The notes under the pieces were generated by a model. That model had not been told where the DNA came from, searched no databases, and worked only from the letters and a program-made list of their open reading frames with translations. Positions 27,330-37,019 of a stretch of 58,125 nt of DNA are shown here, in pieces. The stretch spans positions 1 through 58,125 of IMG/VR virus record IMGVR_UViG_3300035703_000105, one strand, 5' to 3'. Source of the stretch: a virus. Its lineage: Duplodnaviria > Caudoviricetes. Positions within the stretch are counted from its first letter, which is position 1. Every line of letters begins with the position of its first letter. A program made the translations under genes and the position numbers.

Positions 27330-29201
27330 CTAGGCGATACCAGCATCCGTAAGACGCTGTTCTAAAACTTCGATGCGCTCCATCGCTTCTTGCAGTGCCT
27401 TGACGGCTTTCATGTAGAGCACCGAGTAGTTGACGCTCTTGGTGACGGTGCCAAGGTCGTTGCCTTCTTCGTCGCGGTCAAGGGATTCAGTGACGAGACC
27501 GGGGGAAACAAGTTCAACCTCTTGGGCGATCAGACCGATTTGGGTGTGGGTCTGACCTTCTTTGAAGTTGTAATTGCGGACCTGTAGTGCTTTTAGGTCA
27601 TTCCATTGGGAGTTAGCGTCAACAATGTTTTCCTTCAGTTTGATGTCGGAAATAGCACCGTAGGAGTTGTTACTGTTCTGGATGTTGCCGTTGCTATAGA
27701 CAATAAAAGTATTAACAGCATTTGCGTAGCCAAGTAGATAGTAATTAGAGGTTCCCGCAGCTCGTGCGTTAGAAAATAGAATGTTAGCATTAATACTTGA
27801 GCCATTTGTATCAGCAACTGCAATACCGTCCCTGCCAGAATGTGTGACATTTAGCTGTTGGCCACTGCTTGTAGCATTGATAGAGACTGTTCCATTGTTT
27901 GAAATCCTCATCCGCTCCGTCGGGCTACTCGCTCCGTCGGCGGTAGTGGAGAACACTAAACGGCCACTTGTGTTAGTGCCTGTCTGGATAAGATCAGCAG
28001 CACACTGAATGCTGGCCATCTCTTGAGCAGCGCCAGACGTTGGCTGGCTGCCATAAAAACGAATGTTTCCAACTTCTGTGTCAGCAGCTCTTGCTGTTCC
28101 ACTGGGGCCGAAGTTATAGAAGTGAAGCTGTTGGCCCGCTTGATCTGCTGTGCCTGAGTTGCGTTTTACAAGAGCAACGTTTGCAGAATTTGCTGCTGTG
28201 CTAGATGACTCAAAAAGTGTATTGCTACCAGAAGCACTAGACGTGCCAACTAACAACCTGCCAGAGCTGTCGATACGGGCTTTTTCTGATCCGTTAATAT
28301 CAAAAGCTAACGGAGCTGCGGCGCCATATGTAAGTGTATCAATTACCGCTCGATCAGATGTACCAGTTACATAGATCCCGGTTCCACTAGATGCAGATCC
28401 TTGAAACCTGCCAATCCCAACAACATGAAGAGCTTGGCCAGGACTTGTAGTGCCAATCCCTACGTTGCCGCCTGCCGTTATTGCCACCCGACTGGTCGAA
28501 TTAGTTCTAAATCCAAGCCCTCCAGTACCAGTAACATTGGATCCTGCAAAGCTAACAGTCCAAGCAGAATCAACTGTTAACTGCGTATCAGATACAACAG
28601 AGGTTACTGTTCGAGTTTGCGAGAAAGGAAAGGCAATAATGTCACCAACTTGAACTGGAATTGACGTAAAACCAGAACCATTAACTGTTGTTGGGTTAGA
28701 TGAAGAAACGTTGGATAATGTATAAGTTCTTCCTGTAATTACGGAACCAGCTATTGATCCATTTGCTACTTCTAATTTTTCGGCGGGGCTACTGGTCCCC
28801 AGACCTAGGCGGCCACTGGAGTCCAGGCGCATCCGCTCTGTAGAGCCACCACTTCTAAATGTCAGGTTAGTTCCACAAGCAATATACGGGGCTACGCCAC
28901 TTTCGATTCCAAGCTCTAGTGCATCTTGGCCGGGTTTTTCCAAATAAACTTTTGGGTTGGTCGAATTAGAAATGTGGAGAGGAGAAATTGGTCCATTAGT
29001 ACCAATTCCAACATTCCCGCTCGCATCAACAAACAACCGCCCCGTGCCATTAGTCGAGATGGCTACTTGGTCTGCGCCGGGGGAGTAGATGCCAGTGTTG
29101 GTGTCGCCAGTAAAAGAAATAGTGGGGCTACTTGCGCTTCCTGTGCTGAATTGAATGGAGGAAGCCTTACCGTCAAGGAGCTGGGCTTTTGTTTGCGACA
29201 T
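27330..29201 (-). CDS. Tail fibre with C-terminal peptidase S74 intramolecular chaperone
   Basis: GNVGIGT/ERMRIDSSG repeats; SDIKLKENI...IGLIAQEVE. Confidence 0.9.
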   Translation of the reverse strand: MSQTKAQLLDGKASSIQFSTGSASSPTISFTGDTNTGIYSPGADQVAISTNGTGRLFVDASGNVGIGTNGPISPLHISNSTNPKVYLEKPGQDALELGIESGVAPYIACGTNLTFRSGGSTERMRLDSSGRLGLGTSSPAEKLEVANGSIAGSVITGRTYTLSNVSSSNPTTVNGSGFTSIPVQVGDIIAFPFSQTRTVTSVVSDTQLTVDSAWTVSFAGSNVTGTGGLGFRTNSTSRVAITAGGNVGIGTTSPGQALHVVGIGRFQGSASSGTGIYVTGTSDRAVIDTLTYGAAAPLAFDINGSEKARIDSSGRLLVGTSSASGSNTLFESSSTAANSANVALVKRNSGTADQAGQQLHFYNFGPSGTARAADTEVGNIRFYGSQPTSGAAQEMASIQCAADLIQTGTNTSGRLVFSTTADGASSPTERMRISNNGTVSINATSSGQQLNVTHSGRDGIAVADTNGSSINANILFSNARAAGTSNYYLLGYANAVNTFIVYSNGNIQNSNNSYGAISDIKLKENIVDANSQWNDLKALQVRNYNFKEGQTHTQIGLIAQEVELVSPGLVTESLDRDEEGNDLGTVTKSVNYSVLYMKAVKALQEAMERIEVLEQRLTDAGIA

Positions 29202-29375
29202 CTAACTGGCTAATCGTTGTCCTTACATATCATTTTACAGTCTTTACATTTCTTGCACCAGGTTTTATCGCCAGGGATTACCTCAGTGCCGTATTCAAAG
29301 TCATCGTAATCTTGTTGGTTACGGAGCCAACGAGCAAATTCTTGGATGTACTTGTTGATTAGGTGGGTCGGCATG

Positions 29376-29699
29376 TCAAACGCCTTTGAAACGTCCTCGT
29401 AAAGCACGTGCACGTTTGAGTGCGTCCTCCATTGTATCCGTGTAACGTCGTGGATTGTTTTCGTTGTACTCTTTAATCCAACGATCTACAATCGGAGAGT
29501 CAATGTCAGGTGGAATATCAAAAGAAGGAGAACCTGAAATTAAGGTTTCTTGTAATAACGGGCCGCCGAATTCCTGGGCATACTTATTTTGTAAACGTAA
29601 ATCAGGAATTGCATCTCCAGATTGCTGGTAATCCTCCATGCCTTTAGCATAGCTTTGAAGAAAACCAATAGCAGAAGGGAAATCGTTGTCTGCCATCAT
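29376..29699 (-). CDS. Hypothetical protein
   Basis: ORF in operon context. Confidence 0.55.
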   Translation of the reverse strand: MMADNDFPSAIGFLQSYAKGMEDYQQSGDAIPDLRLQNKYAQEFGGPLLQETLISGSPSFDIPPDIDSPIVDRWIKEYNENNPRRYTDTMEDALKRARALRGRFKGV

Positions 29700-29701
29700 G
29701 A

Positions 29702-30553
29702 TTACATTCCTCCTTGCAGGAAAGCCTGAACACGGTTACGGATAGGAAGGCGAACAGTGGTTGCCATGTCAGCTTGGTCTGCAGTAGCAGCTTGTTGTGC
29801 AGCTTGTTGTGCCAGGGGGTTCAGGCTTTCCATCGTAGGTCCGAGTTCACCTTGGGCACGCTTTCCTAAATCACCTTCTGCAAGCTCCTCTGCAGGAACA
29901 AACGCAGGATAACCTTGTGTTTCAGGGAAGGTAGCAGCTAACAGAGGGTTTTTGGCACCGACAAAACCACCGGCTTGTGCCATTGGTGTTTGACCGTACT
30001 TCTGCATCCAGATCTTCATGCCAAGATCTTCTGCTTCTGCTTGTTGTTCTTTGGCAATCAGATTTCGGTATTGCGCTAGTTGAGATTTGTACTCATCACT
30101 TTGAGAACGATCTACTTCTCCAGTGGGAGTTAAACCAGTAACAATAGTAGCGCCAGGGGTAACGGTGCCTGCAGGTACGGAAATAGGGGCAAACACTGTT
30201 GCACTTGCAGGAGCAACAGGTTTAGGTGCAGGTCGTTGAGCTGGGGCGTTTTGTTTTGCTTTTGTTGGAAACCTAAATAGTGGAGAAGCTTGCGAAGCTT
30301 GAGTTGCTGTATCTACATATGATGGCATCTGCGTTGTTGCCGCAGGAACAAAAATAGTAGATGCTTGTTGAGGTGTTTCGCCTGCAATTTCTAAATAGGA
30401 TTTAGGTTTAGCTGCAGGAACAAAAATGGTTGAAGCTTTTTGAGGAGCCCTATTAACCATTTCAAAATAAGAAGGTTGTTGTTTCTGCGGAACAAATACC
30501 GTAGAAGCTTGACCTTTGCGAGCAGCTAAATTAAAAAGGTCTGATAAACTCAC
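29702..30553 (-). CDS. Low-complexity P/A/Q-rich protein with ASTIFVP repeats (possible internal virion protein)
   Basis: QASTVFVP, KASTIFVP, QASTIFVP repeats. Confidence 0.55.
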   Translation of the reverse strand: MSLSDLFNLAARKGQASTVFVPQKQQPSYFEMVNRAPQKASTIFVPAAKPKSYLEIAGETPQQASTIFVPAATTQMPSYVDTATQASQASPLFRFPTKAKQNAPAQRPAPKPVAPASATVFAPISVPAGTVTPGATIVTGLTPTGEVDRSQSDEYKSQLAQYRNLIAKEQQAEAEDLGMKIWMQKYGQTPMAQAGGFVGAKNPLLAATFPETQGYPAFVPAEELAEGDLGKRAQGELGPTMESLNPLAQQAAQQAATADQADMATTVRLPIRNRVQAFLQGGM

Positions 30554-30608
30554 GATTCAGCTATAAATCCTTTCATACAATAGTAACACCGGGTAATGGA
30601 AATTTCTT

Positions 30609-30791
30609 ATGACACTGATTCAAACCCTGCCACACGGTACCACTATCGAATTGCTGGACGATATGCACGGTAACCAAGTACATCGTGTTTGTACTCCAGG
30701 GGGTTCGATGTGTCGATACGTGGAACCTTATCATTGCGCACTTGTTTACGCAAATCAATACGAAGAGTTTTACGCTATTCCTCCGGTTTAA
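30609..30791 (+). CDS. Hypothetical protein
   Basis: TACAAT upstream at 30576. Confidence 0.45.
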   Translation: MTLIQTLPHGTTIELLDDMHGNQVHRVCTPGGSMCRYVEPYHCALVYANQYEEFYAIPPV

Positions 30792-31317
30792 TAATATTGA
30801 GAACTGCAAACTCTCCCCAAAACTCTGTTGCCGCTAGATTATAAGCTTTTGCAGCTTCTAATTCACTTGCAAAAGCGCCTAGCTCAGTTTTCTTTTTATT
30901 GAAGATTATTTGAGCTATCCATTTCTTTTTTGTTTTATGCCAAGTAACACCTTTAAATTTGCTATGAGTAGGCTTGTTTTTGTATAAACTTTTAACCCTG
31001 TTGGCAGCATTCTGACTTCTTGTTGCCAATCTTAATTCAAAGTTGTCTGAGGGGTTTCTTGAAACATGATCAATAAAGTTATTGCCAGGATCTTTTCCGG
31101 TTTGCATATAGAATATAATTCGATGAACTTTATATCTGGCAGAAATTACATAGACGTTCCAATAACCAGAATCTGATTTGGTCCCTGCAACATCCCCAGG
31201 TTTTATCCGAGTGCATGAAGAGTTTTTCCAACGTAATCCGGAAGGAGAGCTTTTATCAACAGTAAACATTTCATGAAGCTTTTCATAAGGCGGTAATAAA
31301 AGAATTTTCATGAGCAC
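30775..31317 (-). CDS. HNH-AP2 homing endonuclease
   Basis: KVHRII...IDHVSRNPSDN..LRLATRSQN; AP2 domain SKFKGVTWHK...WIAQI...EAAKAYN. Confidence 0.9.
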   Translation of the reverse strand: MLMKILLLPPYEKLHEMFTVDKSSPSGLRWKNSSCTRIKPGDVAGTKSDSGYWNVYVISARYKVHRIIFYMQTGKDPGNNFIDHVSRNPSDNFELRLATRSQNAANRVKSLYKNKPTHSKFKGVTWHKTKKKWIAQIIFNKKKTELGAFASELEAAKAYNLAATEFWGEFAVLNIIKPEE

Positions 31318-31751
31318 TTAAAAATGCAAACGCACTGTACCACAAAGGTATGCGCGCAACAATATGAGGACTATTATTCAGTTAAGCCTGAGATGTGAGG
31401 TTTTTGGCTGTGTTTGAAGTTAGGGGAGTACAGGTGTATTGATTTGTGATCCTTGAGATCCCTTGTGCTGCAAGGGATTTGGGGGAATGGGCAGCGAACG
31501 GACGTTTTTTCCGTTTTGAACCGGTATTTCACTTATACGTGACAAAACATGTGCTCACAAGTGTCAGTTCGAAGCGTGTGTCCCTAGCCTGGGGTACAGG
31601 TGGCGGGAACCAACCCAACTGACACACCCAGATGACGGACACAGCTGAGCACACGTTCTCTTTCTCTAAAGAGAAATAGGGGTTATTTTGTGCAAAGCGT
31701 CAGTCCGCTCAAACCCCTTGACAGCACTGGCTTCTCCACCTACCCTAAACC

Positions 31752-32279
31752 TTGAACCCATCCACCCCTAACTTGGATTACATTCAATTCTTCAAAAATG
31801 AGTACCTAAGTACATCAGATCTCATTGCTTTCGCCTCTGTTATTAAGAAATGCCAGGACGAACTGGGTTTTGCTACCTGCTGGTGCTTGAAACGACTGGA
31901 CAATCCAGACCTCAAGTACTTCTCCACCTCCCACAAGTACCGCCCCGTCTTCAAGGGAAGGGACGCCAGACCCCTCCTCCTGGCCCTGGTGAACCAGTTC
32001 GCGCCAGAGGAGGCCCCAGCTATCGTGCGGAAGGCTGCCTGCACCTCAGCGCACTGCCTCAACCCTGCTCACTACTTCTTTGGCGACCTCAAGGACGTAA
32101 AGCGAGAGCAGGCCAAACGGAAGGGCAAGAACATTACGATTGAGATTGTTAACGAAATACAACAAAAACGATCAGCTAACCCAGAAACTTGGACCTATGA
32201 GAAACTGGGTAAACATTTCAAACTTCCTTACCATGTCATCCGACGAATCTGCACGCACAACACCTACGGCAATGGCTGA
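31752..32279 (+). CDS. Degenerate HNH-like protein with C-terminal HTH
   Basis: CWC...CTSAHCLNPAHY; TYEKLGKHFKLPYHVIRRIC. Confidence 0.55.
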   Translation: MNPSTPNLDYIQFFKNEYLSTSDLIAFASVIKKCQDELGFATCWCLKRLDNPDLKYFSTSHKYRPVFKGRDARPLLLALVNQFAPEEAPAIVRKAACTSAHCLNPAHYFFGDLKDVKREQAKRKGKNITIEIVNEIQQKRSANPETWTYEKLGKHFKLPYHVIRRICTHNTYGNG

Positions 32280-32868
32280 CATTAAAGCCGTACTATCAGA
32301 AAACCTGGAGGCAATCCTTTCAGAAGAAAACAGAAACAATGTCAAAGTAGAACCTGCTAAACAAATCAATCCAGGACAACACTGTTTATGGCATCGAAAA
32401 GGTAGGTTTGGACACAAAAATAATTTTGGTTTAATGGGTGAATGTAAAGATTGTTTAAGGGAAATCAAAGATGGACGATGCGTTGTCGATGTTTGTAATT
32501 TTGATCTTGACGTTTATTGGACTGTCCGTACTTTCTGGCAAAAAGTAGACATCCGTGGAGAGAACGACTGCTGGCCATGGATGGGTGCAACCCGTCGAGA
32601 TGGGATGGAAACCATTGCTTACATGCCAAGCCCTTTCCATTCCGCCAAAACACAGTCGGCACCAAGGGTTGCATTCTGGTTAAGCCGTGGCTATACGGGG
32701 CGTTACCGCATCTTCCACCAGGAGGGGTGCAGCCAAACCTGTTGCAACCCCTTGCACCTGCGCATAAAGGACTTAGGATTGGTTACCAATCCAACCAAGA
32801 TCGAGCGAGTTAACCTGAGCTATGGCAACATCTTCGAACGCGCAAAAAATGACATTCAAGAGGAGTGA
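32272..32868 (+). CDS. HNH-like (zinc-binding) nuclease-fold protein
   Basis: FWQKVD..DCWPWMG...PRVAFWL...HQEGCSQTCCNPLHL. Confidence 0.65.
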   Translation: MADIKAVLSENLEAILSEENRNNVKVEPAKQINPGQHCLWHRKGRFGHKNNFGLMGECKDCLREIKDGRCVVDVCNFDLDVYWTVRTFWQKVDIRGENDCWPWMGATRRDGMETIAYMPSPFHSAKTQSAPRVAFWLSRGYTGRYRIFHQEGCSQTCCNPLHLRIKDLGLVTNPTKIERVNLSYGNIFERAKNDIQEE

Positions 32869-33163
32869 AGTTGTTCCTAGCAACTATCACCTTTCCGAGC
32901 GTCAATACGCAGGCTTTGTAATTATTAATGGAGAAGTTACGCAAACTCCTTGGTTTGACGATAAAGAAGAAGCACTGTTAGAGCTACGTTGTTTAGAGAA
33001 ACAATTGAGCTACGAACTAATTGAAACGATGGAAATGGAAGGGTTCTATCCAGAACGCGCTAGAATCGTAGAAGAAAAGTATCAAGCCAGTGGCCGTACA
33101 AACGGTTTGTACACAGGTTTAAATTGTTCTGATGGCGCGGTTTCTTGCAACACTGCCGGTTAA
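32822..33163 (+). CDS. Hypothetical protein
   Basis: ORF track. Confidence 0.5.
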   Translation: MATSSNAQKMTFKRSEVVPSNYHLSERQYAGFVIINGEVTQTPWFDDKEEALLELRCLEKQLSYELIETMEMEGFYPERARIVEEKYQASGRTNGLYTGLNCSDGAVSCNTAG

Positions 33164-33809
33164 CTTAGGTTTTACAAATCTTGGCACCATTGAATCTTAT
33201 CCAACCGGAGGTACAGGGCCTACTGCTTACGGCCCAACTTCCTATTACGGTAGTGATCCTTTGCCTCCGCGCTTGGGAGATTCTGTTAATAACCCTATTA
33301 ATCTTGGCAGTCTCACGGCTGTATACAAAACAATAAAAATTACAAACACTCATGGCGGATTATCGCGCCAGCAGAGTACCTTTTATAAGTTCAAGATTAT
33401 TACGCCACGGGCTATTAAGTTAAATCAAAACTTTAGTCAACAAGCAACTACCCGTGAAAGCAACAGAAATACTCTTGTTTCCTTCTACAAAATAGAAGAT
33501 GGAACTTTACGTCGTGAACTTCAAATCAATAATCAAGGATATGTAATCAATGAACCTTCCATTGAGAATGGGGATACTGATAATCCTTTATCTCTTATTG
33601 ATTATCCCAACACACAGCTTGTTCCTGGAGACTACATCTTTTTAATTACGAATGACATTCGTTACCTAGAAACAACCTACTCCATCACGTTAGAAGCATT
33701 CCTTAGTGACTGGCGCTTTGTTGCTGAGAACGTAGAGGAATCATTGGACTTTGGTCTTTTAACAGAACCTGTCACAGGAAGCCTTGACTTTGGTTTGATT
33801 ACTACCTAA
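33132..33809 (+). CDS. Putative structural protein
   Basis: T/G/N-rich, LDFGL C-terminal repeats. Confidence 0.5.
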   Translation: MARFLATLPVNLGFTNLGTIESYPTGGTGPTAYGPTSYYGSDPLPPRLGDSVNNPINLGSLTAVYKTIKITNTHGGLSRQQSTFYKFKIITPRAIKLNQNFSQQATTRESNRNTLVSFYKIEDGTLRRELQINNQGYVINEPSIENGDTDNPLSLIDYPNTQLVPGDYIFLITNDIRYLETTYSITLEAFLSDWRFVAENVEESLDFGLLTEPVTGSLDFGLITT

Positions 33810-33832
33810 GGTAGTACAAAACTCTGGTCATC

Positions 33833-34057
33833 ATGAAAACAATCACTGCTGCCCAATTTGAGCAAGACTTTGAAGCCATCATTGATGACGTAGCACAGAA
33901 CAAAACAACTTATAAAATCCTACTGAGCACAGACTCAGACCAGGAACAAGCCGTCATGGTTATTCCTTATGAAGAGTATGAATATTTACAAGATGTCTAC
34001 ACTGATTCGTTAAATTTAGAAGAACAATCTAAACCAAATCAAGACACCATTTTATAA
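33833..34057 (+). CDS. Phd/YefM-family antitoxin-like protein (orphan)
   Basis: MKTITAAQFEQDFEAIIDDV...AVMVIPYEEYEYL. Confidence 0.7.
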   Translation: MKTITAAQFEQDFEAIIDDVAQNKTTYKILLSTDSDQEQAVMVIPYEEYEYLQDVYTDSLNLEEQSKPNQDTIL

Positions 34058-34058
34058 A

Positions 34059-34472
34059 TTAATTATTGGTGTAATACGGAAGAGTAGGACGAGAAGGTAC
34101 AACAGCAGCAACAGCGTCCCCATATGTTTCACGTGGTGTCTTATCTTTCTTTTCTTTTGTACGTTCCGGTAACTTATAAAATGATTCACCTGGCACAAGT
34201 TGTGAAGCGTCAAACGGTTCAGATACAACGTTAGGTGTAAAAGTACGTCCTTCAGTTGTCGTAAGTGGTGAATAAACTGGACCTTGGCCGTACTGAGCAA
34301 GGTATTGGTTGACCGTGTTCTGACGGCCTGCGCGGGCCTGCAGAGCACGCTCTTGCCAATAGTTAGCAGCTTCTGCTAAACCTAGGTCTTGTGAACGAGG
34401 ACGCCAATCCTGGACCAAAAGCGGCTTGCCTGGCTTAATCGAAGTTTCACTTTTAGGTGCAGAAGAGCCCAT
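34059..34472 (-). CDS. Hypothetical protein
   Basis: ORF track. Confidence 0.5.
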   Translation of the reverse strand: MGSSAPKSETSIKPGKPLLVQDWRPRSQDLGLAEAANYWQERALQARAGRQNTVNQYLAQYGQGPVYSPLTTTEGRTFTPNVVSEPFDASQLVPGESFYKLPERTKEKKDKTPRETYGDAVAAVVPSRPTLPYYTNN

Positions 34473-34525
34473 AGATACTACTATTTAAACTTAACTTCTA
34501 TACTTACTCTATCGGAAATAAACTT

Positions 34526-34870
34526 GTGAACATGGGGCGCCAACTGAACTCCAGTGATGATCATCAAAACGATCAAGAGCAGTTCGGCGTAAGTAAGTTG
34601 CCTGCGCATGGTTGTAGTCCGTTCACTAAGGATTTTAACGACTTGCTCAAAGCAATGTCCACTAAGACGATGTTATCACTAATGACAACCCAACAGAAGA
34701 ACCTGGCCAAAGCTATGTGGGAAGCTTCCAACTGGGGCGGCAAGCCACTGCCCAAGGACTACAAGCTGGTTGAGGACAAGCGGGATTACTACGAGCTGGT
34801 GTTAATGATGGAGCACCAGAGGCAGTGGCAAGATCGTCAGTTCTATTGCAAGCAGGCAAAAAATTGTTAA
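34526..34870 (+). CDS. Hypothetical protein
   Basis: ORF track. Confidence 0.5.
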   Translation: MNMGRQLNSSDDHQNDQEQFGVSKLPAHGCSPFTKDFNDLLKAMSTKTMLSLMTTQQKNLAKAMWEASNWGGKPLPKDYKLVEDKRDYYELVLMMEHQRQWQDRQFYCKQAKNC

Positions 34871-34893
34871 GCTGGATCAAAAGTATTCAGTAA

Positions 34894-35451
34894 ATGAGTT
34901 ACCGCTTTGCAGATCTTAACATTGAAGAGGTAACTGTTGAGAATTACGACAGCGTTCTCACACCCACTCTGGCGTACCAAGTTGCTCCATTTATTCCTCC
35001 AGAAGGCAGCTTTGAAACGCTAGATCTTAGGCGCTATCTAGAGCTGATCAAAAGCTACGAGGTCAGTACAACAGATCTAATCCATGGCTTGTCGCTTGCT
35101 GATCAAATTCGAATCACGTTTAGCGATATGAAACCTGCAACAATTTGTGAAAAGTTTCCGGACATTGACCTAGCCACCAAACGCCGCTACCGTTGCGTAG
35201 CTGAGTACCTGATTCGTCAAGAAGAACTAACAAAACTAAAAGACGAGAGAGGTAAACTCATTAAGAAACTTGGTAACATGGGGAAGATGGTTGTCATCTA
35301 CCAGCCGTTACCCAAAATCTGTCGAACTCTCCAACAAACAGGTCTCGGACAATTTATCAAAGATGAGCAACAGGCGGCAAAGATTAATCAACGGTCTCCT
35401 TTCCACAACAAAAACCGGTGGGGAGAAGAAGATGGCGCAACTAGTGATTGA
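34894..35451 (+). CDS. Hypothetical protein (possible wHTH)
   Basis: ORF track. Confidence 0.6.
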   Translation: MSYRFADLNIEEVTVENYDSVLTPTLAYQVAPFIPPEGSFETLDLRRYLELIKSYEVSTTDLIHGLSLADQIRITFSDMKPATICEKFPDIDLATKRRYRCVAEYLIRQEELTKLKDERGKLIKKLGNMGKMVVIYQPLPKICRTLQQTGLGQFIKDEQQAAKINQRSPFHNKNRWGEEDGATSD

Positions 35452-35779
35452 ACGTGTTTGCGCAGACATGTGCGAGTTCTATGAAAAGTTCTACGCCAAC
35501 GAAGGACCTGGTGTCATTATTTATGTGCCAGGAGAAGAAGACCCTGAGCGGTCAATGTTCTACCTAACTGTTTCAGCTTTGATCCAGGCTCAGGCTGATT
35601 TCCGTAGTAGGGAAATGGATGGCCCAGCAGAGATTATGCAAAAAGCTATTGCCAGAGCAGAAGCAGTAGATCCAAAGAAACATGGAATCTTTATCCTGCA
35701 GGACACTAAAGAGATGTCCTTGATTATTTATGACCGCGAGAAACCGTTAGAGATTCCTGGTGCACAAGCAGATGAGTAG
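35363..35779 (+). CDS. Hypothetical protein
   Basis: ORF in operon context. Confidence 0.55.
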   Translation: MSNRRQRLINGLLSTTKTGGEKKMAQLVIERVCADMCEFYEKFYANEGPGVIIYVPGEEDPERSMFYLTVSALIQAQADFRSREMDGPAEIMQKAIARAEAVDPKKHGIFILQDTKEMSLIIYDREKPLEIPGAQADE

Positions 35780-36398
35780 TGGAAAGTCCGGCGGTTATAA
35801 CGATTACAACAGATTCTTCCGGATCTACAGACTGGAAGAAGACTGGTGTACACCGCCTGAATATATTCCTCTGATTTACCATACGCTGGGTTCTATTGAT
35901 TTAGACCCAGCTTCAACAGCTCATGCCAACGCAGAGTTCCTTAAAGCAGAAAACTTCTACACCAAAGAAGATGACGCCATCAATGTAGAAGAACCTTGGC
36001 GTGGAAACGTGTATTGCTTCCCACCAACCTATGGACGGTGTTCATTTAACCGCCAGCGTGGGACGTGGAGATGGTCATCCCGTGGGGGTTTCACATCCCA
36101 AAACGTTTCGAAAGTGTGGTTCAATCGCTTGGAACGGGAATGGAAGTTGGGTTTTATCAACTCAGCTTTGTTTTATAGCATCTCACCTGAGATGATGCGC
36201 ATAGCCCCTACGATGTGGGACTATCCAATTTGCATTCCAAGAGATCGCCCACGCCTTGTTCACGGCAAAACCTTTAAGCAATTTGATAAGTTTCCCAAGT
36301 GGGGATTCTTTATTTACTTGCCACCACGTGGTTTAGGTTTACGCCAGACGGAACAGTTTGAAGAAGCCTTCTCAACGATTGGTAAGATCGTGCTTTGA
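35772..36398 (+). CDS. Phage Dam-like N6-adenine methyltransferase homolog with altered motif IV
   Basis: WCTPPE...IDLDPAS...FYTKEDDA...WRGNVYCFPPTY. Confidence 0.7.
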   Translation: MSSGKSGGYNDYNRFFRIYRLEEDWCTPPEYIPLIYHTLGSIDLDPASTAHANAEFLKAENFYTKEDDAINVEEPWRGNVYCFPPTYGRCSFNRQRGTWRWSSRGGFTSQNVSKVWFNRLEREWKLGFINSALFYSISPEMMRIAPTMWDYPICIPRDRPRLVHGKTFKQFDKFPKWGFFIYLPPRGLGLRQTEQFEEAFSTIGKIVL

Positions 36399-36399
36399 A

Positions 36400-36696
36400 C
36401 TAAGAAGGTGTAGGCCTAAAGGAATTCCTGAAACCAGCAGAGCTGTCAGTGTTACCGATACTAGCAGCACCACGCGGCTCATAGGGGAGTGCACCGATTG
36501 GAATGGTTCCTCCTTGAGCAGGGAAAACAAAACGATCATCGCCAAGACGTTCAGAAGTAACTGGGAATTTACTAGCACTTTTACGTGCATCCAAGTAATT
36601 CCTTAAAAAATTTAAGCTTTCTGTGTTGTCAGAAACGCCCTGTGCTTGCTGGAATCGGTTGTCAACCTTATAGGATTGACTCTTTGCAACTGCCAT
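36400..36696 (-). CDS. Hypothetical protein
   Basis: ORF track. Confidence 0.5.
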   Translation of the reverse strand: MAVAKSQSYKVDNRFQQAQGVSDNTESLNFLRNYLDARKSASKFPVTSERLGDDRFVFPAQGGTIPIGALPYEPRGAASIGNTDSSAGFRNSFRPTPS

Positions 36697-36725
36697 ATTA
36701 CTATTCTGCCAGCTCTAATCACAAA

Positions 36726-37019
36726 ATGGATTTTGATCAGCCTTGCTGGATTGATACGCAAACACACATTGGTATTATCTGCGATGAAGTTAAACAACTT
36801 CTAATCGAAAAGAATGAAAAGTATGGTGATTCTGCTCTGCAACCAAGCCGAATCTTTAGCAAAGCAGATGCTACTGAACAGATTTTAGTCCGCATTGATG
36901 ACAAACTAAATCGTATTCAGAAAGGTGCAGGTTTACTTGCTAATGATGAAGATGTCATCATGGATCTTATTGGCTACCTAGTTCTTTTAAAGATCTCTCT
37001 TTCACGGGAAGTAATTTAA
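36726..37019 (+). CDS. DUF1599 / nucleotide-modification-associated domain protein
   Basis: LLIEKNEKYGDS...VRIDDKLNRI...DLIGYLVL. Confidence 0.8.
   Translation: MDFDQPCWIDTQTHIGIICDEVKQLLIEKNEKYGDSALQPSRIFSKADATEQILVRIDDKLNRIQKGAGLLANDEDVIMDLIGYLVLLKISLSREVI

Noticed and set aside
28448-28464. GTGCCAATCC resemblance to shufflon sfx sites in the tail fibres
   Set aside because: Explained by the coding repeat VGIGT; copies are in direct orientation in separate genes and no Rci-like invertase is visible.
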